Below, piece after piece: positions 19,916 to 30,037 of a stretch of 64,000 nt of DNA (position 1 is its first letter; every line of letters starts with the position of its first letter). The notes below the pieces were generated by a model, which worked only from the letters and a program-made list of their open reading frames with translations, was not told the origin of the DNA and did not search any database. A program made the translations under genes and the position numbers. This stretch comes from a candidate division WWE3 bacterium RIFCSPHIGHO2_01_FULL_42_13 (lineage in GTDB: Bacteria; Patescibacteriota; WWE3; UBA101185; UBA10185), in assembly GCA_001772625.1 (NCBI GenBank), contig MEVA01000016.1, positions 67,159 through 131,158 on the forward strand, read 5' to 3'.

Positions 19916-20010
19916 AGGTTTTGTCTAAGAAATTCTAGTCAATTATAGAATATATCATTTATAACCCTTGAGGGTAATAAAGTGGTCGGGGATTTGAAAA
20001 TGGTTCACCT

Positions 20011-20658
20011 CTAATCCTTCCGCGCCGTAACTATCCAATATTGAGCTAGCTCACTAAGTGGAAAGGGAATTTTCTCCCTTAATCTAACACGCTCTATAAA
20101 AGGATGGCGGACTCCGAACCAAAAGGGCCGTACAGTTACATCATTGAAGCCAGTTTTACTAAAAAGGTCAGAAAGCATTTTTCTATCGTACTCCCTTACA
20201 TGAATGACTGGTCCTAATTTTGGGTCGGTACCTAAATCGAGGGGGTACTCTACCTTCTTTCCAATTAATCTTCTGACAAAGTTTGTGAGTCTATTCCTAT
20301 TGGGAGTTAGATGAAAAGTCTTACCTCCAGGCTTTAGCGCTCTATATACTTCTTGAACAAATAAGGAATCATCGTCCACATGCTCAATAACATCGAAGGA
20401 GGTGATGAGATCAAACTTGGCATCGACAGTGTTTATTTTATCTTCTGAGCTTAAAAAGAATGTAAACCTGTCTCTAAATTGCTTTAGGGTACGGTTTTCG
20501 ATGTCAGTGCCATAAACCTTGTTTTTCCTCACATTTAGTAGAACGGTCATCGAACCGGTTCCGCACCCGACATCCAAAACCTCTAGACCGGTCGTACCTT
20601 CCACTCTTTGTGTAATAGCTTCTTTGTAATCAAGGGCGCAAGTATCATCAGTATGCAT
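20011..20658 (-). CDS. Class I SAM-dependent methyltransferase
   Basis: VLDVGCGTG, DVIEHV, LKPGG, HVREY. Start moved to ATG 20658, 9 nt after TGT-TATAAT. Confidence 0.88.
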   Translation of the reverse strand: MHTDDTCALDYKEAITQRVEGTTGLEVLDVGCGTGSMTVLLNVRKNKVYGTDIENRTLKQFRDRFTFFLSSEDKINTVDAKFDLITSFDVIEHVDDDSLFVQEVYRALKPGGKTFHLTPNRNRLTNFVRRLIGKKVEYPLDLGTDPKLGPVIHVREYDRKMLSDLFSKTGFNDVTVRPFWFGVRHPFIERVRLREKIPFPLSELAQYWIVTARKD

Positions 20659-20691
20659 ATACGTGAAATTATAACAGTCTGGGGGCAATAG

Positions 20692-21396
20692 CTAGCCTGC
20701 CTTCTTCTGACACACTATCTCCCATTTGTAGTAACCTACAATAGGAACTCTTACCTTACGTGCCAACCTAAATAGAGGATTTTTGGAAGCTTGTCCACTT
20801 AACCTAAGCACGCGAGAAAAAATTTCTATAATGGGATAGGAAGAAACACTTTTAGTCGTTTCTAAAACTGTAAATCCATTTTTAACCAAGAGACCTAACA
20901 ACTGATTATCATCGGTGTACTCTCTAAGATGCGTTGGGTCCAATACCCATTTCCCCTTGCTTCTGTAAAAATACCAACCGTACCACTTCTTAAATGTGGT
21001 GGAGAGGTAGGCAACACCGCCGTTTTTCAAAACACGATGTATGGCCTTAATCATTTTCACATCATCAACATGTTCTGCTACGTTTACAGAAACCAGAAGG
21101 TCGATACTTTCCGAGCTGACAGTCTTTAAACTTTCGGCATCATCCACAAAACACTTAAACTTGTCGTCTACCCTTTTCGCTCTTTGTATTCTCTCCTTTG
21201 ATAAATCAACAGCATGCACGTCTTTATCTTTCATGTAACCGTTTGTTTTCATGGCATAAAGCAACGCACCATCTCCACAGCCTACATCCAAAAAACTCTG
21301 CCACGGTACAGATTTAATATATTTATCTAGGAGCGGGCGAACTTCTCCCGTGTAAAAATTCACATGATATTTTGAATATTTCTCGAATTGTTTCAT
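20692..21396 (-). CDS. Class I SAM-dependent methyltransferase
   Basis: FLDVGCGDG, VAEHV, RVLKNGG, THLREY. Confidence 0.88.
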   Translation of the reverse strand: MKQFEKYSKYHVNFYTGEVRPLLDKYIKSVPWQSFLDVGCGDGALLYAMKTNGYMKDKDVHAVDLSKERIQRAKRVDDKFKCFVDDAESLKTVSSESIDLLVSVNVAEHVDDVKMIKAIHRVLKNGGVAYLSTTFKKWYGWYFYRSKGKWVLDPTHLREYTDDNQLLGLLVKNGFTVLETTKSVSSYPIIEIFSRVLRLSGQASKNPLFRLARKVRVPIVGYYKWEIVCQKKAG

Positions 21397-21480
21397 TAAT
21401 ACCAAAACCAATCGCAACTGCAGGCTATATTACTACTAAATTTGGTGCTAGTCTTCTTTCTAGTATAGGCGTGTATTGCT

Positions 21481-22212
21481 ATGTTTAAAAAATACTTTAA
21501 ATATCTGTGGGCTTACAACAAGCGGCTTCGGCAGAAATACATCTTTGACGTTGCAGTAATGCTTAAAGGCTCGGTGAATAGATTCTTAGATTTAGGCTGT
21601 GATGACGGAAGTTTTACTATGCAAATAGGTGCCGTGTGCCATCCAAAAGAGGTTTATGGCATTGAAATAAAGGGTCCTCGAGCCGCCTTAGCCGAGCAGA
21701 AAGGCATGCAGGTAAAAAATAGCGATCTTAACGAAAAGTTTCCTTTTGAAAGTAGTAATTTCGACCTTATTATCTCCGATCAAGTTATTGAGCACCTAGT
21801 AAACTTAGATAACTTTGTTTCGGAAATAAAAAGGGTACTCAAACCTGGTGGCTACACAGTTATCTGCACAGAAAACCTAGCCAGCCCACATAATATATTC
21901 GCACTTATGCTTGGCATGCAGCCTTTCACCGGTCCTAACTTAAGTAGTAAGTATCAAGTAGGGTACAGGCCCTTGGGCTTGAAACACGGAGAAAAAAACA
22001 TTTATGACACCCCGCTTGATGAAATTGAAGACCACAAAAAGGTTATGACCTACAAAGCTCTTCTTGCTTTATTTAAAGCACACGGCCTTGAGATTATTTC
22101 GGGAGAGGGGTTTGGATACTTACCATTTCCGGGCTTGATGGGGAAGATACTTGGAAAGTTAGACAAAAATCACAGTCAGTTTATTGCCGTACTGGCAAGG
22201 AAACCTACCTGA
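21481..22212 (+). CDS. Class I SAM-dependent methyltransferase, divergently transcribed
   Basis: FLDLGCDDG, FPFESSNFD, QVIEHL, RVLKPGG. Confidence 0.9.
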   Translation: MFKKYFKYLWAYNKRLRQKYIFDVAVMLKGSVNRFLDLGCDDGSFTMQIGAVCHPKEVYGIEIKGPRAALAEQKGMQVKNSDLNEKFPFESSNFDLIISDQVIEHLVNLDNFVSEIKRVLKPGGYTVICTENLASPHNIFALMLGMQPFTGPNLSSKYQVGYRPLGLKHGEKNIYDTPLDEIEDHKKVMTYKALLALFKAHGLEIISGEGFGYLPFPGLMGKILGKLDKNHSQFIAVLARKPT

Positions 22213-22217
22213 AGCAC

Positions 22218-23939
22218 TTACAATTTAATCTCAGCCTTAGCTTTAACTTCCGCTTCGGCACTTTCCTTAATATTTTGAGCAGCAATTTCGTCTTCCTTCT
22301 TTGGCAAAATGTGGGTGAACAAACTTTTCACAGCACTCACCCAAAACTTTGGGGACATGTAGTTAACTTTTGTTTGTGAAACGTCGAAATCTAACAAATG
22401 CCCAACGATCTTCCAAGCCGAATAAACCAAAAACTTTGCGTCGTCGTAGTTTCTAACACTTAGAAGTTTTCTGAGCATGTATTGAGGCGTAAAGAATGAA
22501 GAGTATAGTTCCTGGGTCAGCTCCATTAACTTCTCGCGTTCAAATGGAATTTTCATAACCGGCCCCCTCATATCAAAAGCGTTGTAATCGTCATCTGCAA
22601 CCATAAGCCAATCATTTTCTAGACATTCCTTGTACAGAGGCGTTCCGGGGTAAGGAATAACAATTGTTGCCTGCATGGTATCTACATAGCCTTTTTTAAA
22701 GAGCCTTTTGGCGATTGCGATGGTGTTTTTAGCCATTTCTTCTGTTTCCCAAGGATATCCAAGCATAATGGTTAAATGAGGCTCTAGACCCGCCTTTTTG
22801 GCCATTTTTACCCCCTCTTCTATCTGGTGGACCTTAATGCCTTTATCAAGTTTATCCAGTGTTTCCTGGTTTCCGGACTCCATTCCATACAAAATAAATC
22901 TAAAGTTGGCTTTACCCATAAGATCGTAATATTCCTGGGTTAAAGCATTAAGCCTCATGTTACAACCCATCACCACTTTTTTGTTGTACCCTGAGTCAAT
23001 TAAAAGCTGGCAGAATTTTTTCAAAGGGGGGCCAATAAACAAAGTTCCAGCGTCGTCGAAAATTTCTTTTACTCCGTAGTTATCTACAACGTGTTTTACT
23101 TCAGCAAAAAGTCTTTCGGGTGAAAATCTTCTGTAAGTTCCAATTGGGTTTATAGTGTGATCCCAAACACAAAATGTGCATCTGTTCCACCAGCAATCTT
23201 TTCCTGAATACATGTAAGTGGCCGGGGTATATTTGTAGTTTCCGTTGGCGTAAGCGTAAAGTTTCCATTTGGTTAAGTCTCTGTCTACAAATGGAAGTTC
23301 GTCCAAATTGTGTTTTTGCACTAGTGGGCCGGAAACCCAAAAAGCGTCTTTTTCGCCGGTTAAAATGTTATCTTCATATTTTATAAAATCTCCAAGCTTA
23401 ACTCTTTTATCTCCCGCTCTTCCCCAAATTCCACCCACCAGTTGCTCACCTTTGGTAATTGAATCGGCAAGTTCGGTAAGCATAAAATCGTAATCTCCTC
23501 CGGTCATTGCGTAATCAAGAGGAGAATTCATCATGCTTTCTTTTGGCGCAAAAGTTATTTGGTCTCCAACCCAAACCAAAAGCATTTCAGGAAATTTTTC
23601 CTTAAGATCTTTAATTACCTTCCAGTGGTACTTAACAACCGGGGACTTTGTTTCCACCATTAACATGTCGGGCTTTTCTTTTCTTAGCTGCTCGATCCAC
23701 TCATCGTAAGTCCACTCTTCCGCGATCCCATCAAGCCAAACAACATCGTAACCTTTAGCCTGAGCTTGAGATGCGGCATAAGCCGGAACCATTGGGTAAA
23801 TGTAAGTTTTGGCGTTAAAAAATTGAAACTGTCTGTTTTGAGATAAAAGAGGAACCCCCTTATTTGTCTGCATTGGGGGATACCCTACGGCAATTTTAAA
23901 TTTCTTTGTTTTAGTTTCTGTTTGTGCTTTTTTGGGCAT
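22218..23939 (-). CDS. B12-binding radical SAM enzyme (HpnJ/BchE-like superfamily)
   Basis: N-terminal cobalamin-binding-type domain, then CWWNRCTFC, EIFDD, YGMESGNQETL, MLGYPWET, IPYPGTPLY. Confidence 0.88.
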   Translation of the reverse strand: MPKKAQTETKTKKFKIAVGYPPMQTNKGVPLLSQNRQFQFFNAKTYIYPMVPAYAASQAQAKGYDVVWLDGIAEEWTYDEWIEQLRKEKPDMLMVETKSPVVKYHWKVIKDLKEKFPEMLLVWVGDQITFAPKESMMNSPLDYAMTGGDYDFMLTELADSITKGEQLVGGIWGRAGDKRVKLGDFIKYEDNILTGEKDAFWVSGPLVQKHNLDELPFVDRDLTKWKLYAYANGNYKYTPATYMYSGKDCWWNRCTFCVWDHTINPIGTYRRFSPERLFAEVKHVVDNYGVKEIFDDAGTLFIGPPLKKFCQLLIDSGYNKKVVMGCNMRLNALTQEYYDLMGKANFRFILYGMESGNQETLDKLDKGIKVHQIEEGVKMAKKAGLEPHLTIMLGYPWETEEMAKNTIAIAKRLFKKGYVDTMQATIVIPYPGTPLYKECLENDWLMVADDDYNAFDMRGPVMKIPFEREKLMELTQELYSSFFTPQYMLRKLLSVRNYDDAKFLVYSAWKIVGHLLDFDVSQTKVNYMSPKFWVSAVKSLFTHILPKKEDEIAAQNIKESAEAEVKAKAEIKL

Positions 23940-23965
23940 GGCTACGCTTTTTCTTAAGCAAATAT

Positions 23966-23994
23966 AGACTACCGTATATATGAGAATGCGTCAA
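23966..23994 (-). promoter_or_regulatory. Sigma70-type promoter for the radical SAM gene
   Basis: Minus strand TTGACG-17 bp-TAGTCT. Confidence 0.55.
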
Positions 23995-24007
23995 ATTGGG
24001 TATGTGG

Positions 24008-25291
24008 TTAGTATCCAAGCTCGCCCAAAATTAACGGGTCAGTGCCAAGGATAGCTAAGTTTAACGGGTTGTCTCCATCTCCTATCAGTACTCCTAGTAC
24101 AATTACTTCGTCCTCTCCTATAACATGGTTTGCGAAAGAATATATTCTGTAAGACGGGTCTCTAACCCCCGAATATCTCGTAGCATCAAGTAACAGCAAT
24201 TCTTCAAGCTTCCCAGTTTCGATATTAAACCTGCTAAGGTTTTCGTACCTTGCGGTAACTTCGACTACACGTCCAATATTGTTACAGGAATAAAATCCGC
24301 TGGCTACACTTCTGCTAGTTACAAAGTAGATATCGCCATTGAAAATTTCTGCACGTACGGAAAAGTCGTCAGTTTCTACACTAACTAACTCCCTTTCGCT
24401 CTCCAAGTTATCGGGGCTTACAATAAAAAATTCGGAGGTACCTTCTTCAATAGCTCTTTGAACAATTAGGCTATCTTTATACCAGCCCTCAACATAAGAT
24501 CCTAAAACGTAACCACCATAAGGTAGTTCAATTACTTTATTTTCTTTAAGATCATAAATCATATACCCTATCCCCTCCCAAAACCCTTTCGATAGCAAAA
24601 TTTTACTGCCGTCGCCTGAAAATTCCGGACTGTGGTATGCCCAAACGCCCCCTATCCCCTCCTCTTTCATCCCTGTATCGAAAATTTCTTTAATGGTGCC
24701 CGTCTTTAAGTCGTAGATATTTAAACCTGTGCTAGTGGTGATTGCCAATAGATTCCCGTCTGGGGAAAATCCAACATCAACCAGACTTAGAGTGTAGCCC
24801 ACATCACCGCTGCTTATTTCCTTCATTGTATGCACGGATGTTAAAGTTCCAGTTGTGAAGTCGTACACGAAAGCGGTATCTGTTTTTTGCTCCTCGTCAC
24901 CCTCGGCCGTTTCTACATAGATAAAAGCTATTTTATTTTCATTTTTGGACAAAGAATAAGAAGCAACCTCTCCTCCAAGTTTGTTGATCAAGCTGTCAAA
25001 AGTTTTCCGCCCGAAAAGTAATTTAAACTTTTCCCTTTGCGCATCAGATTTAACAACTAATGTTCTCGAAACATTAAGCTTAGTTTTATTTCTGTATGGA
25101 AATATCACGGAACAGATATTGCTTATGGTGTCTTCTGTTAAAGTTGTGTTGCTGAGTGAATAATATGAGTAATACAAGTAAGCACCGTAGGCAACAGCTC
25201 CTAACAAAAAGATAATAACGATGATGCCAACAACAAAAGCTTTGTTTCTACCTATACTTTTTGGTGCCTTTTCAAAAGCTTCCACTTCCAC
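24008..25291 (-). CDS. Membrane-anchored extracytoplasmic beta-propeller protein (WD40/TolB-like)
   Basis: One N-terminal TM helix, then repeats SLSKNENKIAF, FSPDGNLLAI, FSGDGSKILL, each followed by YDL/YDF. Confidence 0.7.
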   Translation of the reverse strand: MEVEAFEKAPKSIGRNKAFVVGIIVIIFLLGAVAYGAYLYYSYYSLSNTTLTEDTISNICSVIFPYRNKTKLNVSRTLVVKSDAQREKFKLLFGRKTFDSLINKLGGEVASYSLSKNENKIAFIYVETAEGDEEQKTDTAFVYDFTTGTLTSVHTMKEISSGDVGYTLSLVDVGFSPDGNLLAITTSTGLNIYDLKTGTIKEIFDTGMKEEGIGGVWAYHSPEFSGDGSKILLSKGFWEGIGYMIYDLKENKVIELPYGGYVLGSYVEGWYKDSLIVQRAIEEGTSEFFIVSPDNLESERELVSVETDDFSVRAEIFNGDIYFVTSRSVASGFYSCNNIGRVVEVTARYENLSRFNIETGKLEELLLLDATRYSGVRDPSYRIYSFANHVIGEDEVIVLGVLIGDGDNPLNLAILGTDPLILGELGY

Positions 25292-25303
25292 TGGAAAATT
25301 CTA

Positions 25304-26278
25304 TCACGAAAACTGTCTGAAGACTTCATATTTCTGTGATTGCTTAATTAAATCCTCGAGATGATACACGCAAACCCCCATGGACGGACTTTTTATGGCA
25401 TTTTCCAAGGATTGTTTAAATTCTTCTGTGCTAATTTCCCCACCTTCATTTACTGATTGGATTAAAGGCAAAAACGCCTTTCCCAGCTGCCAGTAATACT
25501 CAACCATCTCCCCTATCCAACTTACATCTTTACCTAACATTTTGTGAAAAAGCCCCGGGCTAAAAATATCTATCAAAGGTATAAGCTTACTAAAATCCTG
25601 CGCGACAACTCTTTGAATTCCCGCTCCATAATCTTTATCTTTCCACGGCACGATGAACATTCCCAGTTTTATTTCTTTTCCAGAAGCGGCAATTAACGCT
25701 TTAGCTTCCTCAACAAAAGAAACAACTTGCCCCGCCTTAAACTCCAACCATTCGTGGTAATAACTACCGTCAATATGAAGCGCGATGTTTTGTAATGCTG
25801 TGCCCTCGCCTCCAACTCCCGCAATTGGTTCGCCAATATATTCTTCAAACATCTTAAGACACCTTTCGCAGTAACACGTGTCTAAAATATCCGGGTTAGC
25901 ACTTTCCCAAGATGTCGGGTATCTCATATGGTTTAGCCAAACTCCTTGAACATCGTTCTCCAAAACTCTTTTTATTTCTTCCAAGCGGTTCTTTCTTACT
26001 CCCGGGTGGGTTGGGCATATACCGATTAGCGGATCGCTGATTGTATCTTTATCGTTAGAATCAACCGCTTTTGCGTCAGGGTACTTTTCAAGTAGGTCTT
26101 TCCCGGCAAAAACAATGACACTTGCGTAAATTTCAACTTGTCCAAGTTTTTCTTTTATTTGCGAGGTTGTTTGCGGCGAAATATTTTCGGAACTTACTAG
26201 GACTGAATTTAAATTTAATTGAGAGGCCCCCTCTAAAACAGAATCTTCAACATTTAGTAAAAATCCGGATTTATGCAT
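25304..26278 (-). CDS. GHL10/DUF187-like glycoside-hydrolase TIM-barrel protein, no signal peptide
   Basis: ICPTHPGVR, VQGVWLNHMRYP, CYCERC, AQDF, DIFSP. Confidence 0.6.
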   Translation of the reverse strand: MHKSGFLLNVEDSVLEGASQLNLNSVLVSSENISPQTTSQIKEKLGQVEIYASVIVFAGKDLLEKYPDAKAVDSNDKDTISDPLIGICPTHPGVRKNRLEEIKRVLENDVQGVWLNHMRYPTSWESANPDILDTCYCERCLKMFEEYIGEPIAGVGGEGTALQNIALHIDGSYYHEWLEFKAGQVVSFVEEAKALIAASGKEIKLGMFIVPWKDKDYGAGIQRVVAQDFSKLIPLIDIFSPGLFHKMLGKDVSWIGEMVEYYWQLGKAFLPLIQSVNEGGEISTEEFKQSLENAIKSPSMGVCVYHLEDLIKQSQKYEVFRQFS

Positions 26279-26554
26279 CTATTTCTCCGGTTGCTTCTCC
26301 GGCCAAATTTGATTACCTTGCAAGTCTTCAACAATAATTGCCGTAGTTGGACAGGATTTGGCCGCCTCAATAATATCTACCGCCTCATCCCACGTGCCTT
26401 CCTTAACATACGCAATGCCGTCATCATCTAAATCAAAGGTGCCTGGCGCTCTGATAATACAGGTAGCCGCGCTTATACAAAGTGAATTTATAACTTTTAT
26501 TTTAAGTTTAGAGTTAGGGTTTATTGCGAACTGATTTTGACCGTTTTTGTCCAT
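26279..26554 (-). CDS. Monocluster ferredoxin, probably [3Fe-4S]
   Basis: CISAATC...AAKSCPTTAI; the second Cys of CxxCxxC is replaced by Ala. Confidence 0.88.
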   Translation of the reverse strand: MDKNGQNQFAINPNSKLKIKVINSLCISAATCIIRAPGTFDLDDDGIAYVKEGTWDEAVDIIEAAKSCPTTAIIVEDLQGNQIWPEKQPEK

Positions 26555-26565
26555 ATGTTTTCTAG

Positions 26566-28398
26566 TTAACCGCCTAAATAATTTCCAGTATTTATGTCTA
26601 CCGACCTTAATTGTAACTTAGGGCGCTTAAGTAGACCAATAATAAAATTTATTCCGTACACGATATGGGTTAGGATTATTCCTACAAAAACTAAAAGCCC
26701 GGAAATTGGATTTAAGTCTTCAATTGCGACACCTGCGGCTCTTCGCAAGATAAGGAAAAGATAAATTCCCACAACCGTAAAGTATAAATACCACAGCACC
26801 GGAAAGAAACTCGAAACAATTGGGCCTAATACTAACCCTAAAACGAAAAGTGTGGGCATAAAGTAAAATAGCAATCTTGAAGTTTCGGGAAAAAGTCTTG
26901 CAAACTGTCCCCTGTGCTGCCCGTACCGCGAAATTTGTTTTAAGTAGGGCAAGAATATTTTTCTTCTGTGATGGTAAACAATTGGTTTTGGGTCATAAGG
27001 AAAAGGACGCCTAAATTTTTCCACCAAATCTAAACAAAGTTTAGTGTCTTCGCCTGGCCAAAACTCTGTAGTAAAACCACCAACACTTAAGAAGGCATCT
27101 CTTCTTACAAATAAGTTTACGGTCGGGTAATCACTTATAAACTGATGCTTTGTTGGTTTATGCCTAAAAATTGTATTTCCACTCACAAGGCTTGACTCAA
27201 GAAGCTTTCCGGCAATTCTTTCAAGAAAACTGGCTTTCGGAGGTGTTACCGCAGGCGCTCCTAAAGCGTAAGTGTTTGAATTCTTAAAAACTTCGGCGGC
27301 CAATTTTAGCCAATCTTTTTTTGGAAATGCGTCGTCATCCAGAAAGGCGAGAATATTTCCAGTTGCCACACCCGCTCCAATGTTTCTTTTTTCGCCGGGA
27401 CCTTTGTTACCAACAGCTATAAACCTAAATTTATCGCCCAAGTTTAGTTTTTTCTCTTCCACTTCATTAATCTCATCTACCAAAACTATTACTTCAAAAT
27501 ACGGATAGTCGAGTTTAGACAAATGGGCAAGACATTCTCTTAAATCTTTATTTAAACGTCTTGCCGTTACAATTACACTAAATTCGGGCTGTTCAATTTT
27601 TTCAAGTCTAATTTGAGATGCCAAAAACTGAGCGATTTCATGCTGTATCCATTTATGCTCATTGCCATCGTCGTAATATTTCAAAATCTTCAGACGATAA
27701 AAAACAGCTAAGGTGTCGTTCATCATTCGTTGTATGAAAGAGTCCAGGAACAAAAATTTGGAAAAGGTTGTGTGGTCAAAGTTTAGGCTCAGCTCAATTG
27801 GCGCTTCGTATATTCTTCTAAAGCCAAGCCTGTGGGCTACAGCCAACATTTCTATATCAAAAGCAAACTCTTTTATTAAAAGTCTTGGCAAAACCGCATC
27901 CAAAACTTCGCGCTTAAATACCTTAAGACCTGCCTGTGTGTCTGTGAGTTTAAGATTAAATAAAAGCCGCGCAAGGGTGTAATACCCCCAACTGTAAAGT
28001 TTTCGCATAAATGGGTAATTTACTTTCGAAGCCGGATGGCGCTTACTTGCCACAACCACATCGGCCTTGTGCAAAAGCACGTGCTCTAGAAGAGTTGCAA
28101 TACTTTCTAGATTTATATCCACACCTGCGTCAATAAACGCAACATAATCACCACTGGCTTGAGTCATCCCATACTTAACAGCAAACCCCTTACCTTGATT
28201 TTGTTCGTAACCTACAACTTCAACATTATCCTTTTTTACTTTGGAAGCTTCTTCAAAAGTTTTGTCTAAAAGCCCGTCAACTACAACTATGATCTCAAAA
28301 TCCCACTTGGTTTTGGATAAAGCTTTGTGAACTTCTTCAATATTCTTTTTTATGGTCTTTTCCTGCTTATAGGCGGGAATTATTACCGATACTAACAT
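26566..28398 (-). CDS. Double GT2 fusion (DPM/DPG-synthase-like domain plus a second GT2 with C-terminal TMs)
   Basis: Domain 1: SVIIPAYKQ, NQGKGFAV, FIDAG, DTQAGLK. Domain 2: FSVIVT, RNIGA, FLDDD, GEDTK, followed by about 3 TMs. Confidence 0.88.
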   Translation of the reverse strand: MLVSVIIPAYKQEKTIKKNIEEVHKALSKTKWDFEIIVVVDGLLDKTFEEASKVKKDNVEVVGYEQNQGKGFAVKYGMTQASGDYVAFIDAGVDINLESIATLLEHVLLHKADVVVASKRHPASKVNYPFMRKLYSWGYYTLARLLFNLKLTDTQAGLKVFKREVLDAVLPRLLIKEFAFDIEMLAVAHRLGFRRIYEAPIELSLNFDHTTFSKFLFLDSFIQRMMNDTLAVFYRLKILKYYDDGNEHKWIQHEIAQFLASQIRLEKIEQPEFSVIVTARRLNKDLRECLAHLSKLDYPYFEVIVLVDEINEVEEKKLNLGDKFRFIAVGNKGPGEKRNIGAGVATGNILAFLDDDAFPKKDWLKLAAEVFKNSNTYALGAPAVTPPKASFLERIAGKLLESSLVSGNTIFRHKPTKHQFISDYPTVNLFVRRDAFLSVGGFTTEFWPGEDTKLCLDLVEKFRRPFPYDPKPIVYHHRRKIFLPYLKQISRYGQHRGQFARLFPETSRLLFYFMPTLFVLGLVLGPIVSSFFPVLWYLYFTVVGIYLFLILRRAAGVAIEDLNPISGLLVFVGIILTHIVYGINFIIGLLKRPKLQLRSVDINTGNYLGG

Positions 28399-28467
28399 TA
28401 TGGATATAGTACAACATATTCCAACTATGAGCGGGGCAGGAGTTTCAAAGTTGGCAGTTACTTAAAA

Positions 28468-29997
28468 TCAATACTCACCTAACCTATAAAGGTATATTTT
28501 GGGGTCTACAAAGATGCTGCCTGGGAAATTTATGGTCTTTTCCTCTATCAGTGTGTCGCAACACGCATACTCCTCGTTAACTTTCTGGCTATCGTAAGAA
28601 AAGTTATATAAATAATCGCGGGGGACATTCCTATAGTTTAGTTTCCACGCGTTTGTGCCTTTAATATACTTCTCCTCTATTCCTTCTGTTTTTGAGATTT
28701 CCTCCGACCTATTCCAAACATATTTATTTACTAAAACAAAATCGTTTGATAGTTGGTATGAGAAAAACATAAGAAATAAAACAAATCCCGAAAGAATTAC
28801 TTTAGAGTACTTACTTTCTTGAAAATAATCTTTTAGCAAAAATAACAAAATGGTTGGAATTAGAATATGAAGGTATCGATCATAGAAAGCTTTTGTAGCA
28901 ATAAGCATACCCGTATAAACTACAGCCAAAACTAAGTAGAGATTTATGGCCTTTCTTTTAAAGACAATGACGTAAGACACAAATATAGGAAAAAGAATTT
29001 TGGAAACTAAGTCCCAGTAGCGATACAAATCATAATTTCCCTTAAAGTAATACTTGGTCCCACTTATACCTCTTGGATAAAACCCCGTGCGCTCAAAAGT
29101 ATTCTCAAAATATGGGAACTCGCCCCAAGAAACTTCATGCGGGTTAAAATTACTAATCATTAAAAAGTATAGCCCTACCGCAAGAGCTAAAAATAACAAC
29201 ACATGCTTTTTTTTACTTAATATCTCTTTTATGTTAACAGAACTTAAAAATACGGGTAGCAAAAAGGCCGTAAGTACAATAAAAGTGCCTATAAACACAG
29301 CGGCAACATAATCTTTATCCAAAAGGTTTTTCCACTGCAGCGGAACCTCAATAATCCTTGGGGTTAGGGGAAATATTTTTTCGTAATAAAAGTAGAGAGC
29401 ACCAAACGTAATAAGACTTACTGCAGCTGGCTTCCAATTTTGTTTGTACGAGTAAAATAATCCAAGGCCTAACGGAATAAAAAGAGAGACCTGCCTTACA
29501 TTCAAACCGGCAAAGACAACAAGGGCCATAAGAGCCAGGTATTTATAATTTTTAGTTTCATCAAACAATAAGATGCACCAAAGGCTTAGTAAAAAGAAAA
29601 ACATAAAATATACCTCTGTCATAAATCCAAAGGTTAAATACATATTTAAAGGATTGAAAAAATAAATGAGCCCCACTAACACGGAGGTCGAGAATTGCTT
29701 TTTCATTCTATACAAAATAAACGCTGACAACAGGTAAAAGTTAGCGACAGAAAAAAGCAAAGTTAAAATGGGCAGTTTTTCTAGAGAGAATATTCTTGCA
29801 AAGCCTGCAGCAATCAAACCTTGGGTGTAAAACGTGGGGCCAGTGTAGGGGTGCAGAGTAAAATCCCCCTTCATAAACCTTGAAACCATTTCATAGTAAA
29901 CCCAATCATCATTTTGATAAAAATCTATTTTGTTTGAAAGCGTAAACACAAGCATAAAAAGAGCCAGTGTTATAAGCAAAAGCCATAATTTCTTCAT
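28468..29997 (-). CDS. GT-C (PMT_2/ArnT-like) membrane glycosyltransferase
   Basis: QNDDWVYY acidic first loop, FMTEVYF, NVRQ, YDRY; multi-TM. Confidence 0.75.
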   Translation of the reverse strand: MKKLWLLLITLALFMLVFTLSNKIDFYQNDDWVYYEMVSRFMKGDFTLHPYTGPTFYTQGLIAAGFARIFSLEKLPILTLLFSVANFYLLSAFILYRMKKQFSTSVLVGLIYFFNPLNMYLTFGFMTEVYFMFFFLLSLWCILLFDETKNYKYLALMALVVFAGLNVRQVSLFIPLGLGLFYSYKQNWKPAAVSLITFGALYFYYEKIFPLTPRIIEVPLQWKNLLDKDYVAAVFIGTFIVLTAFLLPVFLSSVNIKEILSKKKHVLLFLALAVGLYFLMISNFNPHEVSWGEFPYFENTFERTGFYPRGISGTKYYFKGNYDLYRYWDLVSKILFPIFVSYVIVFKRKAINLYLVLAVVYTGMLIATKAFYDRYLHILIPTILLFLLKDYFQESKYSKVILSGFVLFLMFFSYQLSNDFVLVNKYVWNRSEEISKTEGIEEKYIKGTNAWKLNYRNVPRDYLYNFSYDSQKVNEEYACCDTLIEEKTINFPGSIFVDPKIYLYRLGEY

Positions 29998-30037
29998 ACT
30001 ATAATGATATACTTTCTCAGGAAGCTACGAAAGAGAA

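Noticed and set aside
19961-19978. Short inverted repeat ACCCT-TG-AGGGT upstream of the epimerase-GT4 gene
   Set aside because: The arms are only 5 bp, which could easily arise by chance.
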